A stretch of DNA of 56,856 nucleotides from Gemmatimonadaceae bacterium (GCA_036383935.1 DASVNI010000338.1:1-56856); one strand, 5' to 3'. Numbered from the stretch's first letter, positions 7,521 to 17,400 are shown. The notes: a model not told the origin generated them from the sequence alone. Numbers and translations are program-made.

Positions 7521-9113
7521 ATGCTTCGTCGCCGCTTCGCTCTACTAGCTGCTGCCATGCTGCCGGTCGTTGCCGGGGGCTTCCTGTATCAGAACCGCGC
7601 GACGACCGACGGCGCGCGTGTTCTCGATCAGGTGCTCCAGCTCGTGTCCACGCGATTCGTCGACACGGTCAGCCAGGGTGCGCTCTACGAGAAGGCCGCG
7701 CGCGGCCTCGTGAAAGAGCTCAACGATCCCTACAGCGAGCTGTTCACTCCGAAGGAGCTCGCGAGCTTCTCGCAGCAGACCAACGGCAAGTACGCCGGCA
7801 TTGGCATGCAGATCGAGGAGCAGCAGGGCGCGATCGCGATCAGCCGCGTTTTCCCGCACACACCAGCGGAAGCCGCCGGCGTGCGCGAGGGCGATCGAAT
7901 CGCCTTCGTCGACACGCTCTCGACGCGGGGTTGGAAGACCCAGCAGGTCTCCGACTATCTGATCGGCGTGCCCGGCACCAAGGTCACGGTGAAGTTCCAG
8001 CGCCCGGGTGTCCCCGAGCTCATCACGAGCACGTTCACACGGCAGGTGATCCACATCCCCGCCGTTCCGTACGCGATGGTGCTCGACAACAAGATCGGCT
8101 ACCTCCCCGTGCAGCGCTTCAACGAGACGGCCACGGAGGAAGTGCAGGATGCCGTCGCTCGGCTCACCCGTGAGGGCGTGAAGGGCGTCATCCTCGACAT
8201 GCGCGGCAACCCTGGCGGCATCCTCGACCAGAGCACGGCGATGTCGAACCTGTTCCTCAAGTCGGGTCAGGAGATCGTCAGCGTCCGGTCGCGCACGAGC
8301 GACACGCAGCGCTTCACGACCTCTGGCGATGCCGTGTTCCCGAACGTGCCGCTCACTGTCCTCACCGACGAGGGAACGGCATCGGCGAGCGAGATCGTCG
8401 CCGGCGCGCTGCAGGATCACGATCGCGCACTCGTCGTCGGCAGCACGAGCTTCGGTAAGGGACTCGTCCAGACCCTCTTCCCGCTCGACGGCGGCTACGC
8501 GCTCAAGATCACGACGGCGAAGTGGTACACGCCGAGCGGGCGCAGCATCCAGCGCGAGCGCAAGTTCGTGAACGGCAAGTTCGTCGAGACGACGCCCGAC
8601 TCGCTCGAGACGGAAGCGAAGAAGAAGGCACGTCCTGCTTTCCGCTCGGACGCAGGCCGCGTCGTGTACGGCGGCGGCGGTATCACGCCGGACATCCTCG
8701 TGCGCGACGACACGCTCACGACCGCCGAGCAGACACTGCTCAAGGCCATCGCGGTCAAGCAGCAGGACGTCTACGTGACCCTCGCCGACTACGCGCTCGA
8801 GCTGTCGCGCGGCGCGAAGAAGGACTTCAAGGTGCAGCCGCAGTGGCGCGACGAGCTCTATCGTCGACTCGTGACCAAGGGCGTGACGCTCGATCGCGCG
8901 CAGTATGCGGCCGGAGGCCGGTATATCGATCGTGCACTCGAGCAGCGCATCGCGCGCCTGGTCGCCGGCGACTCGACGGCCAAGCGTCGCGATCTCCCCT
9001 ACGACGCACCGCTGCGCAAGGCAGTCGAGGTGATGGAGAAGGGCCAGTCGCAGCGCGATCTCTTCACCATCGCCGCCGCGACCCGGTTGTCGGACAAGAC
9101 CACCGCGCCCTGA
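7521..9113 (+). CDS. S41 family C-terminal processing peptidase with PDZ domain
   Basis: PDZ segment GIGMQIEE...VFPHTPAEAAGVREGDRI. ILDMRGNPGG. Catalytic TASASEIVAGALQD ... SFGKG. N-terminal signal/anchor. Confidence 0.9.
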   Translation: MLRRRFALLAAAMLPVVAGGFLYQNRATTDGARVLDQVLQLVSTRFVDTVSQGALYEKAARGLVKELNDPYSELFTPKELASFSQQTNGKYAGIGMQIEEQQGAIAISRVFPHTPAEAAGVREGDRIAFVDTLSTRGWKTQQVSDYLIGVPGTKVTVKFQRPGVPELITSTFTRQVIHIPAVPYAMVLDNKIGYLPVQRFNETATEEVQDAVARLTREGVKGVILDMRGNPGGILDQSTAMSNLFLKSGQEIVSVRSRTSDTQRFTTSGDAVFPNVPLTVLTDEGTASASEIVAGALQDHDRALVVGSTSFGKGLVQTLFPLDGGYALKITTAKWYTPSGRSIQRERKFVNGKFVETTPDSLETEAKKKARPAFRSDAGRVVYGGGGITPDILVRDDTLTTAEQTLLKAIAVKQQDVYVTLADYALELSRGAKKDFKVQPQWRDELYRRLVTKGVTLDRAQYAAGGRYIDRALEQRIARLVAGDSTAKRRDLPYDAPLRKAVEVMEKGQSQRDLFTIAAATRLSDKTTAP

Positions 9114-9136
9114 CGGCACAGTTCACAACGATCGAG

Positions 9137-9164
9137 AACGGGCGCCCCAACGGGCGCCCGTTTT
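9137..9164 (+). terminator. Rho-independent terminator
   Basis: aacgggcgcc (9137-9146) / ggcgcccgtt (9153-9162), 6-nt loop. The stem runs into TTTT. Confidence 0.75.
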
Positions 9165-9167
9165 ACA

Positions 9168-10229
9168 TTGTCGGACATGCAAACGTCATTGCGCCACCTC
9201 ACGCTCCTGTTCTTCGGTGCGCTCGCCTGCGCCAGACCGGCGCCACCCGCGCCGCTCGCGTCCATCCCCGCCGAGCAGGGCGAGCGACACCTCCGCAACA
9301 TCCGCCAGCTCACCGCGGGAGGTGAGAACGCCGAAGCGTACTTCAGCGCGGATGGGCGACGGCTCGTGTTTCAGAGCACGCGTGACGGGCGCGCTTGCGA
9401 TCAGGAGTTCGTGATGAACGTCGACGGCTCGGGACTGCACCGCGTCTCGACCGGCACGGGGAAGACGACCTGCGGCTTCTTCTACGCGAACGACCAGCGC
9501 GTTCTCTTCGGCTCGTCGCACGCCCTCGAGCAGGCCTGCCCGGCCAAGCCCGACCCGTCCAAGGGCTACGTGTGGGGACTCGACCCCTTCGACATCTACA
9601 CGGCGAAGCCGGACGGCAGCGATCTGCGCCGACTCACCAACTACGGCGTCTACACGGCGGAGGCCGTGGTCTCGCCTGACGGCCGCCGCATCGTGTTCAC
9701 GTCGCTCAAGGACGGGGATCTCGACATCTACACGATGAACGTCGACGGCACGGACGTGCGTCGGCTCACGACGACTCCCGGCTACGACGGTGGTCCGTGG
9801 TGGTCTCCCGATGGCACCCAGATCGCCTATCGCGCGTGGCATCCCACGGACAGCGCGCTCACCACGTATCAGGATCTTCTGCGCCAGCGACTCGTCCGCC
9901 CCAATCGCATGGAGCTGTGGGTCATGAACGCCGACGGCAGCAACCAGCGGCAGATCACGCACCTCGGCGGCGCCAACTTCGGTCCGTCGTGGACGCACGA
10001 CGGCAAGCATCTGATCTTTTCGTCCAACTACAGGCAGCCGCGCAGCGGAAACTTCGACCTCTACCTGATTGGCCTCGATGGCACGGGCCTCGAACAGGTG
10101 ACGACGCACGACGCGTTCGACGGCTTTCCGATGTTCAGTCCCGACGGGCGGAGTGTCGTGTGGGCCTCGAACCGCCACGGCACGACTCCGACCGAGACGA
10201 ATCTCTTCATCGCGGACTGGGCGCCGTAG
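9168..10229 (+). CDS. TolB-like beta-propeller (PD40 repeat) protein
   Basis: Repeated S(P/A)DG(R/T)xxxF/Y motifs (DGRRLVFQSTRDG, PDGRRIVFTSLKDG, SPDGTQIAYRA, HDGKHLIFSS, SPDGRSVVWAS). N-terminal signal peptide. Confidence 0.85.
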   Translation: MSDMQTSLRHLTLLFFGALACARPAPPAPLASIPAEQGERHLRNIRQLTAGGENAEAYFSADGRRLVFQSTRDGRACDQEFVMNVDGSGLHRVSTGTGKTTCGFFYANDQRVLFGSSHALEQACPAKPDPSKGYVWGLDPFDIYTAKPDGSDLRRLTNYGVYTAEAVVSPDGRRIVFTSLKDGDLDIYTMNVDGTDVRRLTTTPGYDGGPWWSPDGTQIAYRAWHPTDSALTTYQDLLRQRLVRPNRMELWVMNADGSNQRQITHLGGANFGPSWTHDGKHLIFSSNYRQPRSGNFDLYLIGLDGTGLEQVTTHDAFDGFPMFSPDGRSVVWASNRHGTTPTETNLFIADWAP

Positions 10230-10232
10230 CGC

Positions 10233-11411
10233 TCACCGCGCGTGCGCGGCGGACGCGGCGTTCGTCGCGGGGAGCATCTGCCGTAGGCGCGCCACGCGCT
10301 CGGCCACCGCGCCACTCTCCGCCATGTCCTCCCGGGCGCGCGCGAGCGCCGAGAGCACCGTCGATGAGTCGCGGTCGCCGAACGCCGCGCCGATCTCTCT
10401 GAGCGAGAGATCGAGCAGCTCGTGACAGAGCAGCATCCCGATGCGTCGCGGCTCCACCACGCGGCGCGAGCGTCCTGCGCCCACCAGCTCGTCCGGTGAG
10501 ACACCCCATTCCGCGGCCACGGCGTCCTGCACCGCCTGCGCTGCTCGCAATGGATGCGCCGCGCCGTCGCCGCGCTCCGCGCGCATCGCGACGGCGCGGC
10601 GTGCGAGCACGAGGCTGAGCGCCGATCGTTCGAGTGCGGCGATGGCGAGCAGACGGGTGAGACTTCCTTCCAGCTCGCGCACGCTCCCGTCGCACTGCGA
10701 CGCGAGGTGGTGCGCCACGCTCGGGGGCAGCTCTATGCCCAGCATCGCAGCCTTCGCGTGCAGGATCGCGACGCGGTGCGCCCAGTCGGGAATGCCGAGC
10801 GTCGCGCTGTGGCCCGTCCGGAAGCGGCGCACGATTCGCTGTGCGAGCGCGCTCGCCCCCGCCGCGTCGTCGCTCGTCAGCATGAGCTGGCGCCCCGCGC
10901 TCACAGCGCGCGCCGCGAGCGACAGGAGCGCCTCCTGCGCCGTTGCGTGCCGGTCGAGCACGTGCACGTCGTCGACGACGATCAACGCCGCGCGTGCGAG
11001 CTCGTGCAGCATCAGCTCTGGCGTGCCTCGCCCCAGTGCCGTCGAGAGACGATGGAGAAAATCGTCGGCCGTGAGCAGCTCGGCGACACGCAATGGATCG
11101 CGCAGCGCCGCTTCTGCCGTCACCGCGTGCGCCAGATGGGTCTTTCCCAGCCCCGTGCCGCCGACGAGCAGAATCGGATTGTAGAGCGTACCTGGTGCCA
11201 CGGCCGCAGCCGAGGCGGCAGCATATGCCTCCTCGTTGCTGCGGCCGACGACGAACTGCGGAAAGGTGTACCGGGGGTTGAGGGTCGCGGCCACGTCCCA
11301 CGTTGGAGCAAAAGCCGTGACGTCGAAAGCAAGCTCGGCGGCGAGCACAGCGTCGGGGTGCGCGATGGTGCGTCCTGTGCGGAGAGCCCCCGCATCCCCG
11401 TCTTCTCGCAC
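10233..11411 (-). CDS. dnaA: DnaA-like AAA+ replication initiator lacking domains I/II
   Basis: [13 protein letters not shown], Walker [11 protein letters not shown], Walker [24 protein letters not shown]. The C-terminal DNA-binding domain has [34 protein letters not shown] 11411 is chosen as start (GGGGA 4 nt upstream). The 102 upstream ORF codons are antisense to the neighbouring gene and look non-coding. Confidence 0.75.
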   Translation of the reverse strand: MREDGDAGALRTGRTIAHPDAVLAAELAFDVTAFAPTWDVAATLNPRYTFPQFVVGRSNEEAYAAASAAAVAPGTLYNPILLVGGTGLGKTHLAHAVTAEAALRDPLRVAELLTADDFLHRLSTALGRGTPELMLHELARAALIVVDDVHVLDRHATAQEALLSLAARAVSAGRQLMLTSDDAAGASALAQRIVRRFRTGHSATLGIPDWAHRVAILHAKAAMLGIELPPSVAHHLASQCDGSVRELEGSLTRLLAIAALERSALSLVLARRAVAMRAERGDGAAHPLRAAQAVQDAVAAEWGVSPDELVGAGRSRRVVEPRRIGMLLCHELLDLSLREIGAAFGDRDSSTVLSALARAREDMAESGAVAERVARLRQMLPATNAASAAHAR

Positions 11412-11424
11412 CGCATCCCCGCAA

Positions 11425-12870
11425 ATGTCCGACGCAATCGCCTCGCCCGCCGTTCGCGCGCCCGACTTTCCCGACACGCTCGACTGGGTGCACACCGCCG
11501 GCCGTCGGCTTACCCTTGGCGACTTCCGCGGCAAGCTCCTGCTGCTCGATTTCTGGACGTACGGCTGAATCAACTGCATCCATGTGCTTCCGCAGTTGCG
11601 GGAGCTCGAGCAGCGGTTCGGCGACGCGATCGCGGTGGTCGGCGTGCACAGCGGGAAGTACACGGCCGAGCGGATCACCGATCGCATCCGTGACGCGTCC
11701 ATCAGGCTCGACGCCATCCATCCGACTCTGAACGATCGGCAGTTCCGCGTCTGGCGCGCCTACGCCGTGCGCGCGTGGCCGACACTCGTCGCCATCGATC
11801 CGCGTGGCACGGTCGTGGGGATGAGCGCGGGCGAGTTCACCGCCGACGGCGTGACGCCATTCGTCGAGCGTGTGCTCGCCGAGGCGCGTGCCTCAGGCGC
11901 GCTGCGTGAGGAGCCGATGCACCTCGCCCCCGATCCGCCCACGGTCCCCCCGGACCGCCTGGCGTTTCCTGGCAAGGTGGCTGTCCGTGATGATCGCATC
12001 GCCATCGCGGACTCCGGCCACCATCGGCTGCTCGTCGGACGCCTCGAGGAGGACGGGAGTCGGATGCGCGTCGAGCGCGTCATCGGTACCGGTCTACCGG
12101 GCTTCGCCGACGGCGACACACCCGCCTTCCGGTACCCCCAGGGTCTCGCGTTCGGCGGTGACACACTCTACGTCGCCGACACCGGCAACCACGCCATCCG
12201 TGCGGTATCGCTCGCAACCGGCCCCGTACGCACGCTCGCCGGCACCGGCGCGCAGTTGCGCACCGCCCGCGACCGCGCGACCGGCGCAATGAGCTCGCCC
12301 TGGGACATCGCGCTCCACGGCGACATGCTCCACATCGCCATGGCCGGAATCCACCAGCTCTGGACGCTCGATCTGCGCAGCGAGCTCGCCACGCCATTCG
12401 CCGGAACCGGCGCCGAGGAGTTGCACGACGGGTCGCACGACGAGGCGGCGCTCGCCCAACCGATGGGACTGGCCCTCGCCCAGGACGCGCTGCTCGTCGC
12501 AGACGCCGAATCGAGTGCGGTGCGCGAAGTCGATCTGACCACACCTGGCGGGGTGCGCACGATCGTCGGCACTGGCCTGTTCGACTTCGGGCTCGTGGAC
12601 GGCGTTGGCGAGCAGGTGCGGCTTCAGCATCCGCAGGGATTGGCGGTTGCAGAAGACGGTCGCGTGCTCATCTCCGATTCATACAACGACGCCCTCCGCT
12701 GGCTCGACCGCGCGGAGCGTGGAGTCTCGACCTGGGTGCGCGGACTGCACGAGCCCGGGGGAATCGCGATCGGAGCGCGGAGCGTCTACGTCGCCGATAC
12801 GAATGCGCACCGCATCGCGGTGATCGATTTCGACTCGACGGAAGTCCGGCCACTGCGCTTCACCGAGTAG
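11425..12870 (+). CDS. Thioredoxin-fold (redoxin) + NHL-repeat protein with in-frame TGA (candidate selenocysteine) at 11566-11568
   Basis: ORFs 11236..11568 and 11584..12870 are in the same frame. Read-through gives APDFP...[12 protein letters not shown]-[TGA][31 protein letters not shown], with the TGA at the first position of a xINC (CxxC-type) motif. The C-terminal half has repeated NHL-like blades ([47 protein letters not shown]). Confidence 0.7.
11571..11616 (+). other. Candidate SECIS-like hairpins downstream of the TGA
   Basis: A 7-bp stem caactgc (11571-77) / gcagttg (11592-98). Alternatively, an interrupted helix ccgc...ttgc[gggagctcga]gcagcgg spans 11590-11616 and has a G-starting apical loop. 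Neither has been checked against a SECIS model. Confidence 0.3.
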
Positions 12871-12892
12871 CACCGGCGGCGCACGCGCGCGC

Positions 12893-14053
12893 TCAGGAGC
12901 GCCGCTGCCACGCGCCGAGGTTCTCCTCCAGGTGCGCGCCATGCCGCATGCCCGTGAGCGCGGAAGCAACGCCGGGAAGCGATGTCGCGAACCGCAGTGC
13001 GCGCTGCGCATCCGTGGCACACTCTGGAAAGAGCTCGCGCACTTCGTCCGGGAGGCCCGTGGCGAGTCGCCCTTGCATGAGTGGCGCGCTCGCGACGACG
13101 CTGATCCCCAGCGCATCCGCGGCCTCGAGTAGTGTGACCATCCGGCGGCCGAGCGGCTGCGTCGGTACACGCGCCGCCTCGGGCATCGCAAGGCTCAGCG
13201 GCAGTTGGACGACACGGAAGTGATGGCTCGTGCCCGCGATCTCCCGTGCCACCGCTACCAGCTCGGCGAGCGTGAGATGTTGACGGTGCTCTGGTCCGAC
13301 GCGGAAGCCAAGCCAGGTCGCGCAGCCATAGCTCCCGATCTCCCCACGTTCTGCTGCCTCCTCGAGGAAGGCGAACGCCGCGCGCAGCCGGTCGCGGAAC
13401 TGCGCGCGATCCACGCCGAGCAGCTGCTCCTCCGGGTTGTGGAGGTAGTACACGTCGACGGCCGGCAGCCGCAGGTTGGCTCGACTCTGCGCGAGTTGGT
13501 GCGCCAGGAACGATGGCGCGATCGAGTGGCCACCACGGACGAGCTCATCCTGCGTCACGATGCCCGTCGCGAACAACGTCGCTTCGCGCCATGCCTCGTA
13601 CGCCGCCCTCGATGGCGGCGGTGCGGCATCGAATGCGAGATAGCCGCCCTTCGTGCAGACGATCAGCTCGTCGCGATGCGCCTCGCCCGATCCGAAGAGC
13701 TCATCCAGCGTCCGTCCGACGATGCGCTCGGAGCGCTGGCACCGGTAGTTGCTTGCGGTATCGACGAGATTGATGCCCAGTGCGATCGCCGCGCGAAGCG
13801 TGCGCCCGTACGCCTCGTCCTCGTCGTCCGTGCAGTCGCCCAGATACGTGCCCGCACCGAGCGCGCTGACCGTCAGCCGCCGCGGGAAGGGGCGGCGGAA
13901 GTCTTCGCGCGTCGCCGGATCACGCTCGAGCACTCGCCGAGTTCCGACCGTCGTCGCACGCGTTGGCGCGCGCGTAGAGCCACCGACGAGCCGCGCCGGC
14001 TGTAGATCGGCACCGCCCTGGCGGGGATGGAGGTCCGTCGTACGATCGTGCAT
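12893..14053 (-). CDS. Aldo/keto reductase
   Basis: GINLVDTASNYRCQRSERIVG, VCTKGG and YYLHNPE are typical AKR motifs. The exact start is uncertain because the N-terminal ~60 aa are low complexity. Confidence 0.85.
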   Translation of the reverse strand: MHDRTTDLHPRQGGADLQPARLVGGSTRAPTRATTVGTRRVLERDPATREDFRRPFPRRLTVSALGAGTYLGDCTDDEDEAYGRTLRAAIALGINLVDTASNYRCQRSERIVGRTLDELFGSGEAHRDELIVCTKGGYLAFDAAPPPSRAAYEAWREATLFATGIVTQDELVRGGHSIAPSFLAHQLAQSRANLRLPAVDVYYLHNPEEQLLGVDRAQFRDRLRAAFAFLEEAAERGEIGSYGCATWLGFRVGPEHRQHLTLAELVAVAREIAGTSHHFRVVQLPLSLAMPEAARVPTQPLGRRMVTLLEAADALGISVVASAPLMQGRLATGLPDEVRELFPECATDAQRALRFATSLPGVASALTGMRHGAHLEENLGAWQRRS

Positions 14054-14221
14054 GTCAGAGTGACGCTAGAGTCCCAGGAAGCATTGGGCAAGGGCGCACA
14101 TCCGTGTGCGGCATTTGCGTTGCGGGGGACCGCGAGCGGTATTGGCGCCGAGGGGGACGCTCCGTGCCACGTGTCCTCTCAGCGCGATGCCCTGCCGCCC
14201 TACCCGAACCCGCTCCTTCTC

Positions 14222-16285
14222 GTGAAGCGCCTCGAACTGCTCGTATTCCTGGTCGCCGCCGGCTGCGCGGTTCAGCATCCCCCTGTGCTGACCCCCGTAC
14301 GCATCGATACCACGCGCACCGCCGCGGTCACCGGAGCGCCTCCCCCTGCGGCACCAGCCAGGCCCGGAGCGGGCGTACGCACCTTCGAGACGGATCCGTT
14401 GAGCCGCGTGGATCGAATGGAATGGCCGGGCCCGAACATCTTTCGCTCCGGCTCGGGAGCCCCCGGTCCAGAATACTGGCAACAGCGCGCCGACTACACG
14501 ATCGCGGCGACGCTGGACACGGCGCAGCAGCGAGTCAGTGGCGCCGTCACGATCCGATATACCAACAACTCGCCCGACAGCATGCGATTCGTCTGGCTGC
14601 AACTCGATCAGAACCTGTATCGACCCGGCAGCAAGGGCTCCATGCTCTTCCCCGCCGATTCGCGCTGGGGCGTGCGCGGCTTCCGCGGCGGCTACGAGAT
14701 CGATGGGCTGCAGGCCAACGGCCGCGCCGCCGCCCTGCATGTCGACGACACCATGGGGCGAATCGATCTCGATCAACCCGTCGCGCCGCGAGGCGGTCGG
14801 CTCACCATCACGATGAACTTCGCCTTCCGCGTGCCCGAGCACGGATCGGACCGGATGGGGCGCGATGGAACGCTGTACGAGATCGCACAGTGGTATCCCC
14901 GCATGGCGGTCTTCGACGACATCCGCGGGTGGAACACCGATCCGTACCTCGGGCAAGGTGAGTTCTACCTCGAATACGGCGACTTCGATTTCGCCGTCAC
15001 CGCGCCCGCCGGCTACACGATCGCTGCCAGCGGCGTGCTGCAGAATCCGGCCGAAGTGCTCACGGCCACACAACGCGAGCGACTCGCGCGCGCTGCGCGC
15101 TCGGACAGCGTCGTCGCGATCATTACCGACGCCGAAGCGCGCGCCACCCCCGTCTCCGGCACGAAGACCTGGCGCTTCCGTGCGCAGAACGTGCGCGACG
15201 TCGCGTGGGCAGGCGCCCCCGATTTCCGCTGGGATGCCACGAGCGCGAATGCCGTGCTCGCACAGGCCTACTACCAGATCGCGAAAGCCGGCAAAGCCTG
15301 GGAGCAGGGAGCGGAACAAACTGCGTGGACGATCAGGAACTACTCGGATCTGTTCTTCAAGTATCCGTATCCGCAGGCCACGTCCGTCGCGGGCCCCGTC
15401 GGCGGCATGGAGTACCCGATGTTCGTGATGGTCCACTACGGCAACCCGCTCGATGACCCGAAGTCCATCTTCGGCACGATCAATCACGAGCACGGCCACG
15501 AGTGGTTCCCCATGGTCGTCGGGTCGAACGAACGCCGGTACGCCTGGCAGGACGAAGGCTTCAACACTTACATCAACACCTTCGCGCTCGAGCGTCGCAA
15601 TCCCGGCACGACCCCCTTTCCAGGGTACGTCACCAACTGGCGCCAGACGGTCGACAACCACATCGACGCGCCGTTGATGACACCTCCCGACCAGATCAAT
15701 GCGCGTGCGCTCGGTGCGCTCGGCTACCGGAAGCCGGGGGCCGTCCTGCTCGCGTTGCGCGACAACGTGGTCGGACGCACCACCTTCGACCGCGCCTTCC
15801 GGGAGTACGTGCAGCGATGGGCGTTCAAGCATCCCTCCCCCGCCGACTTCTTTCGCACGATCGAGAACGTCTCCGGGATGGATCTCGGCTGGTACTGGCG
15901 CGCCTTCTGGTATTCCACCGACGTCCTCGACATCGGCATCGACAACGTCAGCATGCGTCAGCAGGAAGGGCAGAACTACGCGATGATCGCGCTGCGACGC
16001 TACACATCGGTGCCGTTCCCCGTTCGACTCCGCCTGCTGTTCAAGGACAACACGACGCGGGACGTCACCCTGCCGGTTGAGATCTGGTCGGGCGGCGACC
16101 GGTACGAGGCGGTGCTCGAGGTGAAAGGACCGGTCATCGGCGCCCGCCTCTGGCCGGACGGCAACGTTCCCGACTGGAATTCGACGAACGACGGGTGGGG
16201 CGCACCCGTTCCCGGCGTGCCGGTCTCGCCCCCGGCGACGACGGGTGGATTGAGTGGGGAGATCGGCGGCCGCGCGGCACCCTGA
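14222..16285 (+). CDS. M1 family zinc metallopeptidase (aminopeptidase N-like), probable lipoprotein
   Basis: GGMEYP (GAMEN-like) plus HEHGHEW-x18-E zinc site. GTG 14222 gives VKRLELLVFLVAAGC with a lipobox. The earlier ORF start at 14027 overlaps the AKR gene. Confidence 0.88.
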   Translation: MKRLELLVFLVAAGCAVQHPPVLTPVRIDTTRTAAVTGAPPPAAPARPGAGVRTFETDPLSRVDRMEWPGPNIFRSGSGAPGPEYWQQRADYTIAATLDTAQQRVSGAVTIRYTNNSPDSMRFVWLQLDQNLYRPGSKGSMLFPADSRWGVRGFRGGYEIDGLQANGRAAALHVDDTMGRIDLDQPVAPRGGRLTITMNFAFRVPEHGSDRMGRDGTLYEIAQWYPRMAVFDDIRGWNTDPYLGQGEFYLEYGDFDFAVTAPAGYTIAASGVLQNPAEVLTATQRERLARAARSDSVVAIITDAEARATPVSGTKTWRFRAQNVRDVAWAGAPDFRWDATSANAVLAQAYYQIAKAGKAWEQGAEQTAWTIRNYSDLFFKYPYPQATSVAGPVGGMEYPMFVMVHYGNPLDDPKSIFGTINHEHGHEWFPMVVGSNERRYAWQDEGFNTYINTFALERRNPGTTPFPGYVTNWRQTVDNHIDAPLMTPPDQINARALGALGYRKPGAVLLALRDNVVGRTTFDRAFREYVQRWAFKHPSPADFFRTIENVSGMDLGWYWRAFWYSTDVLDIGIDNVSMRQQEGQNYAMIALRRYTSVPFPVRLRLLFKDNTTRDVTLPVEIWSGGDRYEAVLEVKGPVIGARLWPDGNVPDWNSTNDGWGAPVPGVPVSPPATTGGLSGEIGGRAAP

Positions 16286-16509
16286 CTTCTCGCGCCACTG
16301 CATCCTCTAGCGAGCGCGACCGCACGGACTTACAAGAAGGGGTCGGGAGTTGCCCGATGGCTCTCCGGTTCGTCGAGCGTTAGATTTCGGGCTTGCTTTT
16401 CAGTGGCTGGTGCTGGCTCCGGATGTCCGACCGAGACGTCCGGAGCCATTTGTCCCCGTTCAGGCACTCGTCGTCGCCTGGAGTTGTTTCTACACAAGTG
16501 GAGTTTGAC

Positions 16510-17310
16510 ATGCCTGAGTTTGGCGCATGGGCAAGCCGGTGGTGGATCCCGGTGTTGTTCGTCGTGATCGCGGGACACCTCACGAACGTGTGCGTGACCC
16601 TCTTCCTCCATCGCGCCCAGACGCATCGCGGCGTGCGGCTCCACGGCATCGCCTCTGTGCCGATGCGCATCTGGCTCTGGCTCACGACGGCGATCGTCAC
16701 GAAGGAGTGGGTTGCCTGCCATCGCAAGCATCACGCATTCGCTGATCGCGAGGGCGATCCGCATTCGCCGCTCGTCGAGGGCCTGCGTGAGATCCTGCTC
16801 AAGGGTGCCTTCTACTACCGCAAGGCAGTCCGTCAGCCCGGCATGCTCGAGAAGTACGGCAAGGGCACGCCGAACGACTGGATCGAGCGCCATCTGCTCA
16901 CGCCCCTGAACTGGACCGGCATCCTCGTGATGCTCGCCATCGACATCTACCTGTTCGGTTTCTTCGTCGGCCCGGCCGTCTGGGGCATCCAGATGATCTG
17001 GATCCCGCTCTGGGCCGCTGGCGTCATCAATGGCATCGGCCACGCCCTCGGCTATCGCAACTTCGAGGTCAAGGACGAGAGCCGGAACATCTCGCCCATC
17101 GCGATCTGGCTCGGCGGCGAGGAGCTCCACAACAACCACCACGCCGATCCCAAGAGCGCGAAGTTCAAGGCGAAGTGGTTCGAGTTCGACATCGGCTGGA
17201 TCTACATCCGCACGCTCCAGCTCTTCGGTCTGGCCAAGGTGGAGTACGCGCGGAACTATGGATCCGCCGCACTGCGCCACGACGAGCACGCGGTGGACGC
17301 CGCCGCCTGA
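16510..17310 (+). CDS. Acyl-CoA/acyl-lipid (delta-9 type) fatty acid desaturase
   Basis: Three His boxes: HRAQTH, HRKHH and HNNHH. TM segments present. GGAG lies 7 nt upstream of ATG 16510. Confidence 0.88.
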   Translation: MPEFGAWASRWWIPVLFVVIAGHLTNVCVTLFLHRAQTHRGVRLHGIASVPMRIWLWLTTAIVTKEWVACHRKHHAFADREGDPHSPLVEGLREILLKGAFYYRKAVRQPGMLEKYGKGTPNDWIERHLLTPLNWTGILVMLAIDIYLFGFFVGPAVWGIQMIWIPLWAAGVINGIGHALGYRNFEVKDESRNISPIAIWLGGEELHNNHHADPKSAKFKAKWFEFDIGWIYIRTLQLFGLAKVEYARNYGSAALRHDEHAVDAAA

Positions 17311-17357
17311 TCGCCGCGACGCCGCCTACGGCGGCGATGAACGGTTATCACTGACGA

Positions 17358-17400
17358 AGGGGCATGCCGGCTTGGGCCGGTATGCCCCTCTTCTTTGTTT
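17358..17400 (+). terminator. Rho-independent terminator
   Basis: aggggcatgccggc / gccggtatgcccct (14 bp with one G-U pair, TTGG loop). Followed by cttctttgttt. Confidence 0.75.

Noticed and set aside
14027-14221. The M1 peptidase start at 14027, which overlaps the aldo/keto reductase gene.
   Set aside because: The region is the divergent promoter and N-terminus of the AKR gene. GTG 14222 yields a proper lipoprotein signal peptide.
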